DNA of 64,000 nt from Leucoraja ocellata (lineage: Eukaryota). Below the pieces are notes generated by a model. The model was not told where the DNA came from and searched no databases. It saw only the letters and a program-made list of their open reading frames with translations. The DNA lies in contig JAWMAR010000255.1 in NCBI GenBank assembly GCA_036785375.1, positions 1,550,001 through 1,614,000 of the forward strand. Direction: 5' to 3'. Positions 14,412-27,597 of the stretch are shown in pieces. Numbering within the stretch: the stretch's first letter is position 1; every line of letters starts with the position of its first letter. Both the position numbers and the translations under genes were made by a program.

Positions 14412-15399
14412 ATGGAAGCCGCGCTAAGCAAGCGGTATCCGGGCCTGAGATTATCGGACTTGGCAGGGAATCAACAGCAGCCTCACCAGAACATGTCAAG
14501 CTTCCCGGGACTGGGCAGCCAGACACACACACACCCTGGGGAGATCAGCAGCGATCCCAGCGCGCCTCTCGCCCCATTCGGGCCCGAGCACATGGTTCAA
14601 GCCGGTGCTCTCAAACTCAGTCCATCTCAGCACATGGCTGCTCACCCCGAAGTCCAGACAGCGGCGATGTTCGGCTCTGCACAGAACTCGGCCAGTTACC
14701 CAGCGGGTCATTCCCATTCAGCCTACGCGAGCGGCAGGGACTACATTCTCAGGAGAGACCTTTCAGCATCTGCCATGCATGGACTGGGCGAACAACACTC
14801 ATCACCTTCCTCTCACCATCACCATCACCACCACGGCATGTTTCTCTCCACAGCGGGTAGCTACGGGCACTCGGAAGTATTCTCGGGTCTCCACGAGCAG
14901 TCTGCAGCAGGAACCCATCCAAATTTAAATGGGCAGATGCGCCTGGGGTTGCCGGGGGAGATCTATAGGCCGGAGCACTACCCGGCCTCTTCCCTGCACA
15001 GTTATAACTCCATGAACTTAAACGTTAACCTGGCAGCGGCTCATCACGGAGCCGGGGCATTCTTTAGGTACATGAGGCAACCCATCAAGCAAGAGCTGAT
15101 CTGCAAATGGATTGACCAAGACGACACTTCAAAGAAACCTTGCTCTAAAACTTTCAGCACGATGCATGAATTGGTAAATCATGTCACGGTGGAACACGTC
15201 GGCGGGCCCGAGCAGAGCGTTCACATTTGTTACTGGGAGGAATGCCCCAGAGAAGGCAAACCGTTCAAGGCGAAATACAAATTGGTAAACCATATCAGAG
15301 TTCACACAGGCGAGAAACCTTTCCCCTGCCCGTTCCCCGGCTGCGGGAAAGTATTTGCTCGCTCAGAAAACTTGAAGATTCATAAAAGGACGCATACAG
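14412..15399 (+). CDS. ZIC5: Zic5 exon 1: N-terminus, ZF-NC and zinc fingers 1-3
   Basis: [18 protein letters not shown] resembles Zic5 MEPPLSKRNPPALRLADLA. Contains [19 protein letters not shown]. Good Kozak context (gctATGG). Phase-1 donor G|GTTGGT at 15400. Lies head-to-head with Zic2. Confidence 0.95.
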
Positions 15400-15462
15400 G
15401 TTGGTGTCTAACACTCTTGACTGTTCTTAGAGCCTTCAACAAGTACACCTCGCTTCCTCCAA

Positions 15463-15606
15463 NNNNNNNNNNNNNNNNNNNNNNNNNNNNNNNNNNNNNN
15501 NNNNNNNNNNNNNNNNNNNNNNNNNNNNNNNNNNNNNNNNNNNNNNNNNNNNNNNNNNNNNNNNNNNNNNNNNNNNNNNNNNNNNNNNNNNNNNNNNNNN
15601 NNNNNN
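15463..15606. other. N run of about 144 nt in the Zic5 intron
   Basis: Seen directly. Confidence 0.9.
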
Positions 15607-17745
15607 TTTCTTTCTGGGCTGTGAATCTAACTAATTTGCCTTCTTTCTACCTCACTTGCGAGCTGTTTAACGATATAAACATTTCACAAAGTCTCGGATG
15701 TGAAATTGAAGCGTCTTCCGACTTCAATTGAATGGTGCCGAGGGCTTGAGCGTGTAAACAGGCAGGCAGCACTTTCGAAGGAGTTTACAATTGCGGCACC
15801 CTTTTGTTTCCTGTCCGGCACTTTGGAGCTAAAATGTCACAACTTTTATTTGAGGCGAACTAACGTGGTAACTCGACCTGCCCTCCAGTCTGCTTTTCGA
15901 AAGTCAAATCGCCAAATGAAAGGCAGACGTTTCAATCCATCGTAACAATTAAAAACAAATGATAGATAGGGGCGAATGGAAAAAGGCTGCTTTAAAAAAT
16001 TAGGATGACAAGAATTCAACTCAGTTTCAGGGGGCGATTCGGCAGCTTGTATGAGTCGGACAGAAAGGGCTGCACATTTGTTGTAGAAGTGCTATTTAAA
16101 AGTCGTTAAAAAAGAAACTATTATGCTCCTGCTCACAGACTACATGCCATTATTCGGCTCAGTAATTATGACGATGATGAATTTTGCGAGCCATCGTCAG
16201 AAAGTAGACCGCACCAATAATCTCTGTACCCTTATCCCCGAGGGTACTCGCTATCTAACCCGAACTAAGTTTACTAGGGATCTCCATCATAACGTTTTAA
16301 GTTGCTGGCGAAATAAACCAACCTGGTCAGAATTTATTGTTGCAGACAGATATTATCCCTTGGAGAATGTTTATTGACGTATGCTTTACTTAATTATTTC
16401 CATTGATTTATAGCGCGGCTGTCACAGGGCATAAACAGATAGTGTTACACCTATCCTTTTAATGCCGTCTTAATGTTTTGTTTAAATGTTAAAGCAAATG
16501 GCCCATGACTGCTTTGATTACAGATTTTATCTAAATAATATGTTACAGAGGTTTAAAGTAAAACATGGTTGGGTTTGTGTTGGGGTGGGGGTGGGGGCGA
16601 CGGGGGACGTGTGGAATGGGGAGCTGGGGACTTGCATTCCAGCCATGTTGGTAACAATCCAAATGGACCCGGATCCTCCAACTCCTCTCGGTACAAAAAT
16701 CTTTATCTCCAAACGTCAGGTTTAGCCAAATGAATGCGTGGCATTGTCCTAAGCCATTTTGGTTATCGAAAGCAGAGTTTACAAAAACAAGGCGGAGTGC
16801 AGCCAAGTGGACAGGCAAACACTCCGGCCATTTAAGGCCGTGTTTGGGCGGTGGTTGAACGAAATGTTTTTTTTAACAAGGTCATTTATTCATGTTTTAA
16901 AGAGTGTCGACGGGACCTAAAATAAAACATGGCATTGGGTAGGGAATGCTAACTTCTTTCCGAATGATCTGTAAACACGGTTATTACAGAGGGGGGCGGG
17001 GGGATAAAATACAATTAATTGGTCATTCGCACCACGTAGCATTGCAAGGACAACTTTCTTTGCTTTGGTTATGCTGGAAGCTGGTGAGGTTCATCTTGCT
17101 GCCAATCCCAGCACCCACGACCAGTGCAGCTAGAATTCTGTTAACGACCAGTCACGCTACCAAGTTCACAGCGAGCCGGGTCGCCGAAACTGATTTCGCC
17201 ATTGCATTTGAGAAACTGCTTTTGGACAAGGCAATAAATAGGCACGCATGTGTAACCCAGGACATAAACACGCACTGCAGTGATGATGTGCGTTCGAAAA
17301 GTTAATTGCCATAATAGTGTGATTTCTAAACGTGCTTCTGCCCGTTTGACAGAATATGTGTTGCCCTCCTAATTTTTCAGAAATTGAGTAGATCGAAAAG
17401 TTTATGGGCCTGGGGTTCAGAAGTTGTGTTACACCGGGGAATTGCTTGACGTTTCTGCCGTAGTTGGGAATTATATTAGAATTCGCTTGCGTTGTTCAAA
17501 GGTTATAAAGCTAAGTATTTTCACAAGGAAGTGTAGCTTTATCCCTATATTATATTGAATCGTATTTATGTGAAGTAGGTGGTCTGGTCAACTTTAACTT
17601 TAGCTGAATTGGCCTTTGGTTAGCTTTGGTTGTTTTTTAAGGTGCTTAACAAATAAAGTTATTATTATTATTATTTATATCACGGGAAAAGTGTAAACAG
17701 CAGATTGAACAGGTACATATTGTCAGAAGAATTGCTGGAGGGACA

Positions 17746-17867
17746 CTAGATGAACGATCCCGACTCGAAACGTCGACTGTCCATTTCCCTCCACAGATAC
17801 TGTCTGACTCTTCGAGTTCCTCCAGCAGCTCTCTTTTTAGTTGCTACAGATTCTAGCATCTGCAGTC
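17746..17867 (+). mobile_element. Degenerate Penelope-like hammerhead repeat in the Zic5 intron
   Basis: ctagatga...gaaacgtc...ccacagatactgtctgac...gagttcctccagca...agcatctgcagt matches the family seen at 28233 and 37308. Confidence 0.6.
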
Positions 17868-19488
17868 TCGCATGCCCCATATTGTCAGGAGTGTGCTGTC
17901 AAGTTCAAATGGGTGTTGTTTACTCGCCAAGACATGAATGAGGTTATGTTTGAGGGCGAAGTCATTTTTACCAATCAAGTGCTTTCTGGATCCGGGCTTT
18001 CACAAGAACGTCAGTAATTCTCGCCTAACATGTTGCTTACGGCCAGAAAGCAGACTAAGCGGCGGGCCAATCGAAGTGCCAGGTTAGGGCCAGCCTGTGG
18101 GATTCGAATACTACATCGAGCTGCTGTGGTTCATAAAGCTAAATATAAATATTTATGTGTACAAATAGAACCAACCTGTCAAAGTACCGAAGAGCGCCTC
18201 TGGCCTTTGCGTTGTTTCAATATTATCCCAAACACCGCGAAAAAAAAAATCATAAGACGCACCGAAATCAAGGACAGTTTTTAATTGAATGCCAGGTTGC
18301 AATCTGAGTTCCTCAGATTCAATCATATTATGATGAACAGGAAGATACATTTTTAATGACGAAAAGTGTGTCGTCCACGAAGATGGTCACAGATTCAGTC
18401 TTATTTTCATTCAATTCCACCAGTCCAGATAGCTCATCAAATCTTTTATCAGAATGCATCTCAAAATAAACAATAATGCATCTGATGAAAGTTCGAATTC
18501 TATTTAAGGCTTGATTGCTGAAATGATGGCGGAAGGGAAAAGGGTGGCGAGGTGGATTTGAGATATTGTCCCATTATTTGCTTCTGTTGGGGTGGTTGGG
18601 AAATGTCAACGAAACACAACTAACACTTAAATATTGTAGATCTGATTACGTTTTGCCGAAGTAACAGAAGTTCGGATACTCCATTTCAGAAAATGCAAGA
18701 AAGTGTGCGAGGGCAAGGCCCAGAGTTGATGATCAACTGCTTTAAAAAAATGTAAACTCCAGATGCTTGTAAACGTCGGAGGACATTATCACTGTCTTTG
18801 CAATTACATTGATTGTACAAAAAAAAATAAAAGTCGGAAGTTTAAAATAGGTGGATTGAAACTTCTAGCCAACAGTGTTTGACCATCACATCAGGGACTG
18901 GCAGAAAACGTGGGAGAGTCTCCTCTATGTTCCGCTGCAGACAGCTGTACATCTCGGGTTGCAAACAGAATCGAGATATTTTCAAGGAAATCAAAATATT
19001 TGATTTGAACGCTCTGTTGAGGTTCGTCAGAATTGGCGAGTAACTCAAATGCTTTTTCGAAAGTAAAAGTGGAGCTTTCATATGTCTTCGCAAATAAGAT
19101 TCAGTACGAGGGAGATCTTGAAACATCGCCTGCTGTAAGCCTTTAATGTTATATATGTGTGTGTAAAGACGTAAAATGTACACGAGAAAGAAAAATAGCC
19201 CCTGAGGGGGTTCAAGCCTTATGTGATGGTCAAGCCTTGCGTTTCTACAGCGCATTTCGGCAAGTCAAGAATCCGAAAGCTCTATAGTCAGCGAGACGCT
19301 TTTTGAAGTGTGCTCGCTCTTGTGATGCAGGAATTTACCCCTGTAACCGAGGCTAAAACTGTGACAATCAACGTTTGCATTTTTAACAAAAGCAACATGA
19401 TAGAAAAACGTTTTTTTCTTCTTATTTCTCTGTGCATACTGCTCCATTCTGGTTCTCTCATTGTTTTTTTTCCTCTTGTTATTTTCAG

Positions 19489-19922
19489 GAGAGAAGCCTT
19501 TTAAATGCGAGTTTGATGGCTGTGACCGGAAATTTGCCAATAGCAGCGACAGGAAGAAGCATTCTCACGTCCACACCAGTGATAAACCGTACAACTGTAA
19601 AGTAAGAGGCTGCGACAAGTCATACACTCACCCTAGTTCTCTTCGCAAACACATGAAAGTTCACTGCAAATCTCCTCCCCCTCCCGCTAGCTCAGGCTAC
19701 GAGCTTTCAAACACATCCCTGGGGATGGTGTCCCCAGCCGCAGAGACAGTCAGGGGCTGCACTGCCAGCGTTTCCTCGCAAGTAACTAACCTCAACGAAT
19801 GGTACGTCTGTCAGGGAAGCGGGGCGGCCAACAGCCTGCACGCACCTTCCAACAATGGCACCTCGTCCGACACCGAAGATGAGGAGGTTTACACGAACTC
19901 TGATCCCAGAACTATGCTCTGA
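19489..19922 (+). CDS. ZIC5: Zic5 exon 2: zinc fingers 4-5 and C-terminus
   Basis: Polypyrimidine tract with AG at 19487-19488. Reads [59 protein letters not shown] and NLNEWYVCQ, with TGA at 19920-19922. No intron in finger 5, as in Zic4/5. Total 473 aa. Confidence 0.96.
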
Positions 19923-21294
19923 CATAGGTGCGTTGGAGAAGTGTGCAAGTGGGCAAGAGTCAACGCAGGGTTAGTGGCAATGGAGCCCATCAACTAAAGG
20001 CAGCTAGGATGTCCAATGATGACCATCTCACACCAGCTAGATTCAAACCTCGTAGGAAAGGAATTTAAGGGCTAAGAATCGGTTCTTAGGCAACTTTTTG
20101 GCCTCCGTGTCAGTCAGAATTATTGTGTGTACTTCGAGGTAAAAGAGAATCGCTATCTCATTTACTTTCAGACTATAGATATTGATTTTCTGAAATCAGA
20201 CGTGACTTAAATAGATAAAACATATCATCAGACCCATTTCGGACTGGCAATAGAATATTCGACCCACGAGAAACACCTCGCTTCTTGGAAGTGAAACATA
20301 CATAGCCGATCTTTGCTTAACTCCCAAATCAGAGACCATTGTCCGAAAGAAGGGAAATTCTACAATTCTGTGAAATCTTCATGACTCCAATCCCTGGAGG
20401 GAATCAAAACGGCCATAGCCTTGTGTTCAGTGAAATGACACAGTGCCACCACGTTCGGTAACGAAGCACAAGCGACATTCTATTTACACATCCCTAACAT
20501 GCAAAGCTGAATTCGGACATTCCTGCTATATGTGAAAAGAGTATTCTATCAATAAGAGTGAAACTCACAAGGACTCTATTTGACCCTGAAATCAGAATCG
20601 ACAATATATCAACCCTTAAATCCAAGAGCTCTAGGATTCTTTTGTGTGATCGTCTATCCATCATGGTAAAGTCAAAATTCTCATATTTTACTCATAATTA
20701 TTCAGGCCTTCAGACAAACAAACTAAAGAGCACTAATATGTCCTTAGAGGCCAGAAGATGCAAAAATGACAGGCCTGTCCCTGTAGGATTTGTACATAAT
20801 TGTTGTGGGCTGCAAGTCGTTGATGTAATCGTTAGCTATCTTAAGATTTTGTCCAGAAATGCTCTTTTATTTGTAAACTATAATTTATTTGCTGATGTGT
20901 AATATCTTTCTGCGATAGTACAGACACACCAAAGAATTATATTATTACGTTTGGTGCGGTATTGTGGTGTTTGTGAATCTGTGGTTTCGTCAGGCCATTT
21001 AATTTCTGCTTACTTGAATGAAATGTAAAATGTGAAAAGTAAAATATGTGATTGTTTCTTTCTACTCAGTGGTGGTTAATTGTTGTAACTACAGTATCGG
21101 TCCATGTTATGATCATGATGCATGTTGCAGTCATTTTATATTTCCCTTGCATTGACAAACGCCACCCAGAAATCCTGATTGAAAAAAAATGCAAGGAAGA
21201 CATATCAGTTCCTTTATTGAAATGAATGGTCCACGTGTACTTTGTGTTTCAGTGAAAGAGGTTAAACCGTGTGACAGTGTATTTTCCAATTGTG

Positions 21295-21300
21295 AATAAA
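21295..21300 (+). terminator. Candidate Zic5 polyadenylation signal AATAAA
   Basis: Ends an AU/GU-rich stretch about 1.4 kb after the stop and is followed by T/GT-rich sequence. Confidence 0.5.
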
Positions 21301-23934
21301 GAGATATTGTTTTTCCTCTGTTTTAATAATCGTATTCTATATTAAATGTCTAAATCCTAACAAAATGTCAAAACGTGATTTTTTTGCGGGGTTTGCGGAT
21401 GTAGCAACACTCAACTCGATCTTCGATAGTGAAGAATCGAGTAATCTCAGCCAATGATGTAAATCCAGATGATTTCAGGCCCCGGGAGTGACTTTTATGT
21501 TTATGCGTTTATTGTTGCACAAGGATCTCTGCCTCTGTGCAAATATTTACCTGTTCAATGGCAGAATGGGAGACATGTAAGAGGCAGGTTGAAGAAGCTA
21601 CCTGGATACAATTGGCAGCCGGATGTAAAACAGTTCACAATATTATCTGTTATCGTGATTTGAAAACGACGTTTAAAAAGGCAATCAAAAAAGTCACATT
21701 TGCTTTCGGAAATCAAAATGTCCAAAATTGCAGGGAAACTGGGAGATATATTGATTGAGGCGAAATCAAGGTTTAACGAAGATTCCTGTTTTACAAATCC
21801 GGTCGCAGTACACGAATACACCGAACTGTTTTAATATCTCCACAGTTCAGTTGTAACCTCGCCCCACAAATGTTATATTTGGAACCAAAAATGCAGCATC
21901 AAAAACAATGCGGCATAATTACTTCGTTTCCGCAATTCAATTTCTGATTGTCACAGTTCTAGATATGATGACGTTTTTCAAAATTCATCATCTGTCTCAG
22001 AGGAACCGAATTTGTCTCTAGGATCACAATGGATATTTAAATTATTATCGTCGACTTTGTGTACATTATGGATTGCATATCCCATGTATCGCTGATCGCG
22101 CTTCAGGGTCACCTTGTGAAGGCGGATATCATACCACCTAAAAGCGAATGATAAAATGGTTCTAGGATCTCGGGAGATGCAGCCTACGACATGGGGTGGG
22201 GGTTACCCTATTTTAAGTACATTATGGTGATATAATGAACAGGAACCAGATTCCATTTTGGTCAAAGTGTCAGAGAACAGATGGAAATGAGAGACCCGGT
22301 ATACAGGAAAGCATTCGGAGAATGAGTGATATGTCTCCTAAATGAAATAGGTTGCTTTTTTCCCCTGTGAGATCTACAATTAAATGCATATGAAGCAGAA
22401 GAAGACTCATGTAAATGAAGGCGCCAATCAATGGTTTAAACTTATAGGACTCTAATGAAGTTTCTTGGTGAAAAGACGGGTTGTACAAAGGCATCGACAC
22501 ATGAATGCTTCATGGGAAAGATAAAAGATAACTAACAATAAGCAGATCGTTGTAAAGAATGTAAAAAAAAAACACACGCTCCCCCGGCATACTCTTCGCA
22601 TTTAAACACACAATCTCCTCCAAGTGTTCACTATCTTTCCTATACGGATAAAATGTGACCAGGGTCTGTCCTACGCCACTTCAAAGCAATTTACTCTGGA
22701 GCGGAAGACTTGGCGCTTGGACACTCTTCATGGTGTGTTACAATTTCTATGGCAATTGGCAGACCCCGAGCTTCACATTTGAATATATTTTCAATAAAGC
22801 CACTTATTAGGGTCTAAGCGGCACATGATTTGAACATTATATAGTATCCATCCTTCCCAGCCAACACCTCGGGTAACGGCGAGCACCTTGAGAGAAACAC
22901 ACTCTCACAGGAATATCTATCAACTTTCCATTTGTATAAAACCCAACAAAGTGTCCAACTCTCGCCCACATGTTCAGGCAAGCAGAAAAACGAATCCAAA
23001 GTCCCATCCACATAAACATATTTAACCAGCAAGTAAGTAGACTGAAGCAAACGTGTTTAGTAATGCTCCTCTGGTCAACATTATAAGACTTTCAATACAA
23101 ATATCACTAGGCATCACAGTGAATGGTTGGGCTCATACTTTCCCCAGGCTTATGATGACTACAATTGGACAAGATGTTTTAACAGGCTACTGGGAGATTG
23201 ATTTGCAAGCAGTATTGGAAACACCATATGTGCTGTGCAAACAATAGGGATTGCCGTCTTTTCAGTTTATAGCGTGTGCTTAGTTTGGGAGGGGTCGTGT
23301 TGCCCCTTTGCAGTTTGCACGTGGAAAGAATCGGATGCAGAGTACTTGAAGTAGATGAAGAAAAAAGGCTCGCTTTTAACACACAAGCCACGGCTTGCTT
23401 TCCCTATGTGGAATAGCCTGTCACTGACCAGTTTAGGGAAGCCAAACGTGCACAAGAAGGTGGAGGAAGCGCAACTCAAGTCAACAGCAATAACAAAAAG
23501 AGAGAAAAAAAGAAAAAAAAAGTGCAAGTGTCTAATCAGGCAGGGAGAAGTTCAAAGGCAGGGGCTTTGAAATTCAAACTACTGCTTTTACGGTACATCA
23601 ACATGGCGCGTTAAGATTGCTATGGCAATGAGCAATTCGAAAGCAGGCTGCATCCAAAGCAGTCTACCTCGATTCGCGACAGTCTATTAAGATACAGTTG
23701 CACTGACCTTTAGTTTCATGCTATGTTAGTTCAGTCAATTTTCACTGCATCAGAATCTTTCATATTTTGTCTTTTCCCCTCCGGGAGACTCCCTACCCCC
23801 CCCCCCCCCTCCCCCATATCTCACTTTCCCTCTTCCCTACCCCCCCCCCCCCCCCCCTCCTCAACCTTCCAAATATCGGCGACTTTTATTTTTTTCTCCT
23901 GGAGATGGGTCTTGAAGTGTTTACTCGGCTCTTT

Positions 23935-24134
23935 NNNNNNNNNNNNNNNNNNNNNNNNNNNNNNNNNNNNNNNNNNNNNNNNNNNNNNNNNNNNNNNNNN
24001 NNNNNNNNNNNNNNNNNNNNNNNNNNNNNNNNNNNNNNNNNNNNNNNNNNNNNNNNNNNNNNNNNNNNNNNNNNNNNNNNNNNNNNNNNNNNNNNNNNNN
24101 NNNNNNNNNNNNNNNNNNNNNNNNNNNNNNNNNN
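23935..24134. other. Exactly 200-N gap, probably a scaffolding join
   Basis: Round length. Sequence changes abruptly from unique CpG-containing Zic5 flank to CpG-poor LINE debris. Confidence 0.85.
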
Positions 24135-24510
24135 GTCATACCAACCGCCCGTCCATTATAACATGACGTCTCAAATCTTGTACTAAATGCCCTGACCCTT
24201 GAAGGAACGTGTGCCAATCGCCTTCTTCAAAACCTGTTCTACCAGTGTTGCCACTCTCAGGGAACTATGTACCTCTACCTATGGGTCTCTCTGCTCTACA
24301 ACACTCTCCAGGGCCCTGCCATTGCCATGCAAGTCCTGCCCCAGTTAAGTTACCAGGTAACACCTCCCATTTATCCTAGTTAAATTCCATCTGCCAATCT
24401 TTGGCTTGTTTGCCCAATTGATCAAGATCTCATGGCATTATTAGATAATATTCTTCACTGTTCACTATACCACCAATTTTGGTTTAGGCTGCAAACTAAC
24501 AAACCACTGA
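24135..24510 (-). mobile_element. Degenerate CR1-type LINE fragment
   Basis: Similar to the RT region of the CR1 fragment at about 26880-27160 (gccactctcaggg, aaattccatctgc, caatttt...ctgcaaac). Confidence 0.6.
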
Positions 24511-25180
24511 CACTCAATTCTTCTTCCCAATTGCTTCCACATCTTAGCTCAAAGCACCCAGTAGTTATGTTATCTTAGTGTGAGCGTGAGCAGAGATGCT
24601 CATTGCAATGTGTGATTAATTGGTTTGAGGAACAGATCAGCAGTAATCCAATTGAATGGTGGAATAATTGCCATTGGATGAAAGGTATTATTATATATAT
24701 AGCCTTTGTAGGCAGAGTTAATATTACTCTCTCTTTGTTCATTAACAAAGGGAATGAAAATAGTCATCCGTAATGCTATCTTCCAATGGGAGCAAATGGT
24801 AATCACAATCATCCCCAATTATGGAAGACAAAACAGAATGTTGGAAGAACTCAGTGGGTCCAGCTTCATCCGTGAATGCAAAAGATGTAAGTCGGCACTC
24901 TGGTTCAAGACCTGTTTTCATGACTGGGGGGAGAAATGGAGGCTGGTGGGTAATAAAGAGAGCCAAATAGGGAGGGAGCAATGGACAGATGGAACCCAGT
25001 GAACGGGGGAAGGGGGTGGGGAAGGGAAGGGAGGGGGGAGGAGAGAGGGGGGGAGGAGAGAGGAAGGGAGGGGGAGGAGAGTGGGGGAGGAGGGGACAGC
25101 ACAGAGACTGGGAGACAATGGAACCTGTTCAGGAAGGGGTATAGGAAAGATGAGGAAAGAGATAAATAAACTAGGTGGAC

Positions 25181-25266
25181 ACAAAATGCTGCAGTAATCA
25201 GCAGGGCAGGCAGCATCTCTGGGAAAAGGAATAGGTGACAGTTTGGGTTGAGACCCTTCTTCAGAC
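25181..25266 (-). mobile_element. Penelope-like hammerhead repeat fragment
   Basis: The minus strand reads CTGAAGAagggtctcaacccaaactgtcacctattcc...gatgctgcctg; the GAAA box is degenerate. Confidence 0.65.
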
Positions 25267-25279
25267 AGACAGGTGAATG

Positions 25280-25580
25280 TGTGTGGGAGAACATCAGGGG
25301 TGTGGATACCTGAATTTGGAAAATTCAACTGAGTCCCAAGTCCATAACTTTCTGAAAGTAGTAACACAAGTAGATGGAATGGTAAAGAGGGCTTGTGGTA
25401 TGCTTGCCTTCATAGGTCGGGGATTGTCTAAGAGTCAGGCAGTCATATCGCAGATTTATCGGACTTTGATTAGGCCACATTTGGATTATTGTGTATAGTT
25501 CTGATCAAAGGAGATTAGTTTAACGGCATCATGTTCGGCATGGAATTTGATCCGAAGGGCCTATTGCCATGTTCTGTACC
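25280..25580 (+). mobile_element. CR1 LINE fragment
   Basis: Translates to QVDGMVKRACGMLAFIGRG...YRTLIRPHLDYCV, followed by a CR1-like 3' UTR (gaagggcct). Confidence 0.75.
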
Positions 25581-25929
25581 ATTGGATTCTAAACCATCCA
25601 TACATTCCAACATCTGCAGCGTCTTCCCTAATTATGCCTTGAATTCACTCTATATGCCTAAAAGCTGTCTAAATGGCAGAATAAAAGTTATATGCATATG
25701 TTGATGAGAAATTGTGAACAAAAATCTTTCTGACCAGGATACACTTGCTAGATCATCTCTACTTAGAAGAATTAACTTGACTTGGAGAAATAAGGCATAT
25801 TTCTCTTGATCTTGGCTCAGTTAAGCATGTGTCATCACTAGAGAACTAGTGATGACACATGCATAAAGTAATTTGCATAAACTATGTGACTGAGTTGTGC
25901 AGGTCTGGAAAATTAAGTGTTTCAAGAAA

Positions 25930-27597
25930 AGTTAGAACAACATAACATAGGATCATGCTCAGCTCACAATGGATGTGCCAAACTTGATGCCAGGAATATC
26001 TAATTTCATCTGTCTGCACATGATTCATATCCCTCAAATCTTTGCATACACATGTGCCTATCAATAAGCCTCTTAAATGCCACAATCATAACTGCCTCCA
26101 GTACAACCCCAGATGGGCATTCCAGACACCCACCACCCTCTTTGTAAAATAATCTGCTACCCACATCTCCTTTAAAGTTTGCCCCACATGAAAGGAATAG
26201 ATCAGGTAGATGCACAGAGTCTCTTGCCCAGAGCAACATAAATCGAGAACCAAAGGACATAAGTTTAAAGTGAGGGGGGAAAGATTTAAATGGAACCCGA
26301 GGAGTAACTTTTTCCACACAAAGAGTGGTGGGTGTGGAATTAACTGCTGGAGGAGATAGTTGAGGCGGGTACTATTGCTATGTTTAAGAAACATTTAGAC
26401 GGTTTAGAGGGATATGGGCAAAATGCAGGCAGGTAGGACTATGGTAAATGGGACATGTTGGCTTGTGTGGGGAAGATGGGCCGAAGGGTCTGTTTCCATG
26501 CTAGACTCTATGACTCAACTTAAAGCTATGCTCTCTTGTCTTTGACATTTCCATCCAGGGAAAAAGGCTCTAACTGTCTACGTGTCTATGCCTCCCATAA
26601 TTTTATAATAATTCTATCACGTTCTTCTCCAATCTCTGGTGTGCCAGAGAAAACAATCAAAGTCTGTCCAACCTTTCCGTGTGGCTAATACCCCCTAATC
26701 CAAGCAGCATTCTGGTAAACCTTTTCTGCATCCTCTCTAAAGACACCACATGCTTTCAGTAATGGGGCAGCCAGAACTGCACACAACGTTTCAAATGCGC
26801 CTCAGCAAAGTCTTAAAAAGCTGCATCACGACTTCATGATTCTCAATGAGGCCAAGAATACCACAGGCCTTTTTTTAATCACAATGCCTACATGTATTGC
26901 CACTCTGGGGGCTATTGATTTGGACTCATAAATCGCTCTGAACCAATGTGGATAAGGGTCTTTCCATTAACTGTATACCTCCCCAGTACATTCCAACTCC
27001 CAAAGTGAAACACCTCACACTCGCTGTGATCAAACTCCATCTGCAATTCTCCACCCATTTCTGTAGCTGATCTATATCGAGGAGTATACGTTGAGACTTC
27101 TTCACTGTCTGCAATTACAACAACCTCGCTGTCATCTGCAAATTTACCAGCCAGCCCATCTACATTTATGGCCAAGTCATTTACATATATCACAAACAAC
27201 AGAGGTCCCAGCACAGTTCTCTGCAGTAGTCCAATAGTCAGACTGCCAGCCAGAATAGCATTCTTCCACTACAATCTTCTGCCTTTTATCATTAATCCAG
27301 TTCTCATTCCATTATGACTAAGTCTTGTTAATCCCGAGTATCTTAATCTTCTGGATAAGCCCACCATGGGTGACTTTATCAAATGTCTTACTAAAATCCA
27401 CATTGACTACATCCACTGCCTTACCCTCATCAATCACCTTCGTCACCTTCTCAAAAAACCTGATCAAGTTAGTAAGACACGACCTGCCATGTACAAAGCT
27501 ATGCTGACTATGCCTAATTAGCCCATTCTCTTCCAAATGGAAGTAAAACCTACCCCAAAGAATCCTCTCCGATAATTTCTCTACCAATGAGGTGAGG
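25930..27597 (-). mobile_element. Degenerate CR1 LINE (RT region to 3' end), with an opposite-strand CR1 3' fragment at about 26240-26520
   Basis: ORF pieces SQHSFVHGRSCLTNLIRFFEKVTKVIDEGKAVDVVNVDFSKTFDKVTH, LGPLLFVIYVNDL...KFADD and FTKRVVGVWN. Confidence 0.85.

Noticed and set aside
24905-25367. Pro/Ser/Leu-rich ORFs
   Set aside because: Translation of a purine-rich low-complexity tract and repeat fragments.
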